From assembly GCA_963753345.1 (NCBI GenBank), contig CAVWBU010000035.1:161302-225301 (forward strand): a DNA stretch of 64,000 bases, written 5' to 3'. A program made the translations under genes and the position numbers. Of the stretch, positions 58,657 to 64,000 are shown piece after piece. Under the pieces are notes generated by a model. That model did no database searches, was not told the origin of the DNA, and saw only the letters and a program-made list of their open reading frames with translations. Position 1 is the first letter of the stretch. Every line of letters begins with the position of its first letter. The DNA comes from an uncultured Fibrobacterota bacterium (GTDB lineage Bacteria; Fibrobacterota; Chitinivibrionia; Chitinivibrionales; FEN-1185).

Positions 58657-60032
58657 GGGTTGCTTCCGTCAATTTTCCGCAGTGCCTCGTGCTGCTGCTG
58701 TCGCAGCCGGATGAATCCCGTGAGGCCGATGCAGATCCACAGCCAGGCCACGGCGCAGAGCAGTTCCTCGAAAAATTCGAGTCCGCCGTGGAGCCCGCAG
58801 AGAAAACCGCTCGCCACCACCGAAACCGCCATCACGCCGAAGGCGACGAGAACCGATATGGCCGAAAGCAGCTGCTTGGTGGGCAGCACCGCGAAATAGG
58901 CGAGCATGCCGAACATGGCGACCGGGACCACGACATTGTCGTAGGCAAGCAGGTAGGCGAGTCTCACCGACATATGGGTCGACACGAACACGCCGTATCC
59001 CCTGTTGAGATAGTCGACGAGGGCGTTGAGGGTCTCGCCACCCGCGAGCGAAAACACCAGGATGAATGAGTACAGTTTTCTGTTGACAAAGAGGAATACG
59101 ACGGCTGCCGCAAGTCCCGCGGCCGCCGACAGGGCCGATCCGAACTTTGCAATTGCGAGAAGAATGAGGCTCTGCCGCGGAGTGAGCCAGTTGTAAATCG
59201 CGGCCGAGGTCACTTCCCCTAACCTCACCATCGGGTCGTATTCCGCAAGTCCGTGGGTGGCGGACGACACGAACATCACCATGAAAACGGTGATCGAAAG
59301 GCCCACGCCGAACAGAACGGTCACCGCGAGACGCGAAAGATGCGGCATGCCGTCGCGGACCGAAATGAGCGGCGAGCCGTACAAAAGCCGCCGCATAAAG
59401 CGCAGAGCGGCGGGCGGACGGGCGCCTGGTTCCCAAGGCGACGAGGTCGCCGTAATCCAGCGCCGCACATACCAGCCCGCGCCGATAAGGGCCAGGCCGA
59501 ACAGCGCGCCCCAGCCGAAGATGCGGGCCATGCCTTCTATTTCGTCAACATTCTGGCCGAACTTGTAGCCGATGAGGCCGAAGACGGTCGCCCACAATCC
59601 CCCCCCAAGCGCGTTGAAGACCGTGAACGACAGATACGGCATGCGGCTAATGCCGGCGAACATCGCCGAATAGGTCCGAAGAACGCTCACAAAACGGCCG
59701 AAGAAAACGGTGAGGGCCCCGTGCTTCACAAAAAAGCCTTCAAGGGTCTTCATTTTCTTCTGGTTGAGCCCGACGTATTTGCCCCAGCGCTCGACGAACC
59801 CGCGGCCCAGAAGCCGGCCCAGCCAGTAGCCGCCTGCATTGCCCAGAATGCCGGCGGCCGTGGCGGTGATGATCACTGCCGCAATGGAGAGCTTTCCCGC
59901 GCCGGCGAATCCCGCGGCGACCAGCAATGCCGTCTCGCCCGGAATGGGAAACCCGGCGCATTCGAGCAGAATGAATACCGCAACGATGACATAGCCGAAG
60001 TTGGTGACAAGGTGGGTGATCGTTTCAAGCAT
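58653..60032 (-). CDS. DedA family protein fused to a degenerate PAP2-like membrane domain
   Basis: [34 protein letters not shown]; multi-TM C-terminal half. Confidence 0.85.
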   Translation of the reverse strand: MLETITHLVTNFGYVIVAVFILLECAGFPIPGETALLVAAGFAGAGKLSIAAVIITATAAGILGNAGGYWLGRLLGRGFVERWGKYVGLNQKKMKTLEGFFVKHGALTVFFGRFVSVLRTYSAMFAGISRMPYLSFTVFNALGGGLWATVFGLIGYKFGQNVDEIEGMARIFGWGALFGLALIGAGWYVRRWITATSSPWEPGARPPAALRFMRRLLYGSPLISVRDGMPHLSRLAVTVLFGVGLSITVFMVMFVSSATHGLAEYDPMVRLGEVTSAAIYNWLTPRQSLILLAIAKFGSALSAAAGLAAAVVFLFVNRKLYSFILVFSLAGGETLNALVDYLNRGYGVFVSTHMSVRLAYLLAYDNVVVPVAMFGMLAYFAVLPTKQLLSAISVLVAFGVMAVSVVASGFLCGLHGGLEFFEELLCAVAWLWICIGLTGFIRLRQQQHEALRKIDGSNP

Positions 60033-60157
60033 AGCAGGACCCGTTTACGCAATGCAACGCCGCGCGGCTCTGACATTCCAAAATACTCCATTGCCCTGCG
60101 CCTGATGAAGCAGTTGTTAAGGGTCGCGCAGAATTCGTGCGGATGAAAGATACGCGG

Positions 60158-60272
60158 TGAATCCCATAGCGAGCGCATTGTCACTGCGTTCCCTAAGGTA
60201 TGGTAGTTGCGCTTCGCGCTTCAACATTATGTCGTTTGCCTTTTCCTCGCAGCTTGCTGCGGGGTTCTTCAA
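60158..60272 (-). repeat. Repeat C copy 2
   Basis: rc ttgaagaaccccgcagcaagctgcgagg aaaaggcaaacgacataat..gcgcgaagcgcaactaccatacc..aatgcgctcgctatgggattca; homologous to 8963-9055. Confidence 0.7.
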
Positions 60273-60328
60273 TAATCCAATGCTTTGTCGCGACGTTGTT
60301 GGTGTGATGCAAGGTCATGCGCTTGCAT

Positions 60329-60366
60329 AAAAGAAAGGGGCGTTTCTTCAACCGAAGAAATGCCCC
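60329..60366 (-). terminator. Intrinsic terminator
   Basis: rc ggggcatttcttc ggtt gaagaaacgcccc tttctttt. Confidence 0.75.
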
Positions 60367-60391
60367 GTGCCACGGGATGGACGCCTTTTCT

Positions 60392-60889
60392 TCAGTTCTT
60401 TTTCACTTCGGCGATGCCATCCCCGATTCTAAACAGCGCGTACACTGCAGACCCCGGCAGGCCGGCGACCAGCACAATGGCTATCCACAGCCCGTTAAAC
60501 CTGGAGCGCTTTGCCATGTCGAGGCCTACGAGAATCGTCAGGAGGATGTTGACAAGCACCATTGCCAGAAGCGCGGCATGGAAAAGCCTGTGCGCCTTTA
60601 CCATGAAGCGCGGATGCATTCCGGCAGGCCCGTTAAACCGCCACGCAGGTCCGTTCTGAAACATGGGATTGAACCCGGGGCCGGCCATAGGGCCATCCCA
60701 TCGTCGGCCCGTCCACTGGCCCTGCTGCATGCAACATCCCTTGCCTGCCATTGCCGGGCACATCTTTGGCCCCGGGCCCTGCATGGAATCGCGAGATTGT
60801 GCCGGACCTGCCGGCGGATTCGGTTCTGCCGCGGCAATCCCAACGCCTGCGGCAACAACGAGAACGAGAAACATGCTGCCTTTGCGCAT
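60392..60889 (-). CDS. Hypothetical membrane protein
   Basis: Signal peptide, Gly/Pro/Met-rich segment, two C-terminal TM helices; ggaggg RBS. Confidence 0.7.
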   Translation of the reverse strand: MRKGSMFLVLVVAAGVGIAAAEPNPPAGPAQSRDSMQGPGPKMCPAMAGKGCCMQQGQWTGRRWDGPMAGPGFNPMFQNGPAWRFNGPAGMHPRFMVKAHRLFHAALLAMVLVNILLTILVGLDMAKRSRFNGLWIAIVLVAGLPGSAVYALFRIGDGIAEVKKN

Positions 60890-61283
60890 AAGACCCTCCC
60901 GGTTGATTTGAAGGTTTGAACGTTCAATTCCACTATTTAAGCTTCATCCTTTAGACAATCGCACTATGGTGATTGTTTCATGAAACAGCGTCTGCGGGCG
61001 GTGTGTTCGATCACACGGTGCAGAAGGCGGCTTTCTCAAATCATACTCTCGAATTAAGAATTTTTTTCCAATATTGCAAATTTTCATTTACGCCCTCTGT
61101 AACGGCAAAGTTGGCACCCTTTGCATCAACCTGCCGGTTATCCCCGAGCAGGGATAATTGTGGCGCAGATTCGTGCAAAATCCGCCAATTCTCCGAAATG
61201 CACTGTGCATAGGATAATGCGTCTAGCATGGTTCGCGCCGCCCGGATGCATTTGATTCAGCGTGAATTTCTTGTTTTTGCTGT

Positions 61284-61300
61284 CTGGCATGCTGGTTGCG
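61284..61300 (+). promoter_or_regulatory. sigma54 (-24/-12) promoter
   Basis: cTGGCAtgctggTTGCg matches TGGCACG-N4-TTGC. Confidence 0.7.
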
Positions 61301-61479
61301 TAATTATTCCAATCACTTAAAGTGGGTGAATTCGGCTAACTTGAATGTAATCAAAATGTAACTTGCTTTGGCTGTTGCACAAATTCATATTGTATCATCC
61401 CCATTTGGCATTAAAGGACGATCTCTGCTGCACAGCCGCTCCTATCACCTCATGCCGTAAGGACAGGACTGGATTTATT

Positions 61480-62580
61480 ATGTTGACCGGAAAGACTGCT
61501 ATCATTTTTGATGCCTGCATGGGATTTTATTCCGAGGAATATTTCCGGGAAATGCTCGTTTTGGAGCGCAAACGGAGCGAGCGTTCAAAGAAGCCGTTTC
61601 TGTTCGTAACCATCGAGATCAACCCCGAATACAAAATCCACCGTGACATTCGGTTTTCCAAAAGAATGAGAGAATTCATCAAGAATGCCACAAGGGAGAT
61701 CGACATCAAGGGATGGCTGGAGCGGCACCGCACCATGGGACTGATCTACAACGAATACAACCCGGACTTTACCGAAACGATCCTTACTAAGATCCGAAAT
61801 GCGATCGAAACCTGCTTTGGCCCCGAACTTTCAAAGGGCATGACGCTTTCGTGGTCCTTGTTTCCGGACGAGAAGGCCGAAGATCATCCGGATGCCTCCG
61901 TGGCCGACCCGCGATTGTATCCTCGCCCCTCAAAACGGATCGACGCGAACAAATTTTCTCGGTGTGCCAAACGATGCATCGATATTGCCGGCAGCCTCGT
62001 CGGCATTATCCTCCTGTCACCGGTGTTGGTTTTCACTGCAATCGCGGTCAAGTTGTCATCCAAGGGCCCTGTGTTCTTTACGCAGAAACGGGTGGGCCAG
62101 GGCGGTCGGCTGTTCACCTTCATCAAGTTCCGGTCGATGCGTGTGTCGCAGGATTGCTCGGTACACAAGGAATTTATCAAGCAGTTCATACAGAACAGCG
62201 TCAAGGCATCTTCGGCCGGCGGCGCAACCGTTTACAAAATGAAAAATGACCCCAGGATTACGCCCATAGGAAAGTTCCTGCGGAAAACCAGCATCGACGA
62301 ACTTCCCCAGCTGTTCAATGTGCTCATCGGCGACATGTCGCTGGTAGGGCCCCGCCCGGCGATTCCCTATGAGGTTGAAGAATACGATATATGGCACCGC
62401 CGCCGTGTGCTCGAAGTGAAACCGGGCATCACGGGATTCTGGCAAGTGAAGGGCCGCAGCACAACCTCCTTTGAAGCTATGGTCCGCATGGACATTCAAT
62501 ACAGCAAGCAATGGTCCCTGGCGTGGGACATCGCCCTCATTTTTCAGACGCCGTTTGCTTTGTTGAAGGGTGCTTACTAA
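61480..62580 (+). CDS. Initiating polyprenyl-phosphate sugar transferase with N-terminal degenerate GGDEF-like domain
   Basis: KRCIDI, GPVFFTQKRVG, KFRSM, DPRITPIGKFLRKTSIDELPQL.NV..GDMSLVGPRP, KPGITG.WQV.GRS. Confidence 0.9.
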   Translation: MLTGKTAIIFDACMGFYSEEYFREMLVLERKRSERSKKPFLFVTIEINPEYKIHRDIRFSKRMREFIKNATREIDIKGWLERHRTMGLIYNEYNPDFTETILTKIRNAIETCFGPELSKGMTLSWSLFPDEKAEDHPDASVADPRLYPRPSKRIDANKFSRCAKRCIDIAGSLVGIILLSPVLVFTAIAVKLSSKGPVFFTQKRVGQGGRLFTFIKFRSMRVSQDCSVHKEFIKQFIQNSVKASSAGGATVYKMKNDPRITPIGKFLRKTSIDELPQLFNVLIGDMSLVGPRPAIPYEVEEYDIWHRRRVLEVKPGITGFWQVKGRSTTSFEAMVRMDIQYSKQWSLAWDIALIFQTPFALLKGAY

Positions 62581-62714
62581 ACGTGACGCGTTCCTGCGCA
62601 CGCGTTTCCTTCCTTACGGGATTCTAGCGTTACAAGTCGCCTTCGTGATCTTGGCGAAGAGCGGCGAGGCTTGACGAAAGGCGTTTTCTTGGTTTTTTCT
62701 CGGGGGATATCATC

Positions 62715-63717
62715 ATGCTGAGAATCGGTGTCGTTGGTTACGGCTATTGGGGACCCAATATCGTCCGCAATTTTTGTGCGGCAGACGGTGCAACCGTTGT
62801 TGCCGTGTCCGATAAGAATCCGGCAACGTTCAAGACGCTTGCAAAGACCAATCCGGGAATTCGCTGCACGTCCGACCCGGATGCAATCACCAAGGCCAAA
62901 GACATCGACGCCGTTGCCATCGTGACCCCGGTGTCGACCCATTACGACCTTGCCAGGCAGGCGCTCCTCAACGGCAAGCACGTGTTTGTGGAAAAGCCCT
63001 TTACCGCAACGGTCGCTCACGCCGAACGTCTTATCGAGTCAGCGGAGAAAAGAAAGACTCACCCTTATGGTCGACCACACCTTCCTGTTCACCGGCGCTG
63101 TCCGCAAGATCAAATCGTTGATAGACGAGAAAGTGCTCGGAACAATTTATTACTACGATTCAACGCGCGTCAACCTCGGCCTTTTTCAGCATGACATCAA
63201 TGTGATATGGGACCTTGCGCCCCACGATTTTTCCATCATGGGATACGTGCTTAAAGACCGGCCCGTTGCCGTTTCCGCGTGCGGCAAGTCCCATGTCAAC
63301 AAACTCGAAAACATCGCGTATATCACGGTCTATTTCAACTCTAATCTCATTGCCCATTTCAACGTCAACTGGCTTTCTCCTGTCAAGGTGCGCACTACGT
63401 TTATCGGCGGAGAAAAGAAAATGCTGGTGTGGAACGATGTCGACCCGGATGAAAAAATCAAGGTGTACGACAAAGGCATCGAGGTCACCAGCCGCGAAGG
63501 CATCTACAACCTCCTCGTGAGTTACCGGTCGGGCGACATGTGGGCGCCCAAATGCGACCAGATGGAGGCGCTGAAAGTGGAGAGCAATTATTTCGTGGAA
63601 TGCGTCACGAAAAGGAAGAAACCGATTAACGACGGAAATGCAGGCCTCATGGTTGTAAAGCTTCTTGCCGCGTGCGATAAGTCGCTAAAGCTGAACGGGA
63701 AGATGGTTAACCTATAA
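62715..63717 (+). CDS. Gfo/Idh/MocA oxidoreductase, +1 frameshift near 63045-63057
   Basis: IGVVGYGYWGPN..HVFVEKP in one frame; LMVDHTF..WDLAPHD..WLSPVK.R in the next. Confidence 0.88.
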
Positions 63718-64000
63718 TATTATCATACCGCCAAATTCTCCTTCCCCTTATTCTGCCTTGCCGGAGGCATTTGTTGAGGGTCCTGCCAAGGCGCTAACGG
63801 CATTTTCCAATTGCCAACATTGGGACATTTCTGTCCGATCTGTTTTTTGATTTGCATTTGTACCGTGACGCCTAAATCTGCAATACCCATCTAGTATTTT
63901 TCCACACATGAATCTTTCAGTCTTCAATAGGAATACGAAATTTTTCTTCGTGGCAACTGTCATTATTTTGGGGATTATGTTTTATGCGGGATTGCGACCA

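Noticed and set aside
63040-63060. Programmed ribosomal frameshift in the oxidoreductase
   Set aside because: The required shift is +1, there is no X_XXY_YYZ heptamer in frame, and other indels in the window suggest errors.
63748-63963. 71 aa - strand ORF at the window end
   Set aside because: AT-rich, no recognisable motif and cut by the window edge.

Overview
A GC-rich bacterial chromosomal window. An anaerobe of the FCB group, plausibly Fibrobacterota/Chitinivibrionia, is inferred from the T9SS-like C-terminal domains, the class III RNR and the 2-oxoacid:ferredoxin oxidoreductase. Most of it is housekeeping: guaB, degP, pgsA, rimI-obgE, rimO, hisBC, tatD-rodZ-maf, suhB, rplM-rpsI-rpsB-tsf-pyrH-frr, gpgS, rlmH, a pilMNO(P)Q type IV pilus operon followed by nrdDG, an S1-protein/galE/histidine kinase/response regulator/PTS enzyme I operon, a diguanylate cyclase, OFOR alpha/beta, gpmA, DedA and the start of a sigma54-driven polysaccharide locus. 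The accessory part is an orphan LysM-VgrG-PAAR cassette next to a REP-associated tyrosine transposase (RAYT). The strongest unexplained signal is intergenic: a family of ~140-200 nt multi-hairpin repeats (six near-full 'A' copies, two truncated A heads, two related 'B' copies). All ten fall into five inward-facing pairs: one flanks the RAYT gene, one encloses a lower-GC secreted cargo gene, and three are empty. This suggests a RAYT-associated REPIN-like system with unusually large structured units. Also present are IS200/IS605-like miniature elements, facing 7/8-mer tandem arrays, and tandem NrdR-box-like sites upstream of the pilus operon. Three genes carry small-indel frameshifts that may be assembly errors. 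All calls come from reading motifs by eye; no searches were run.
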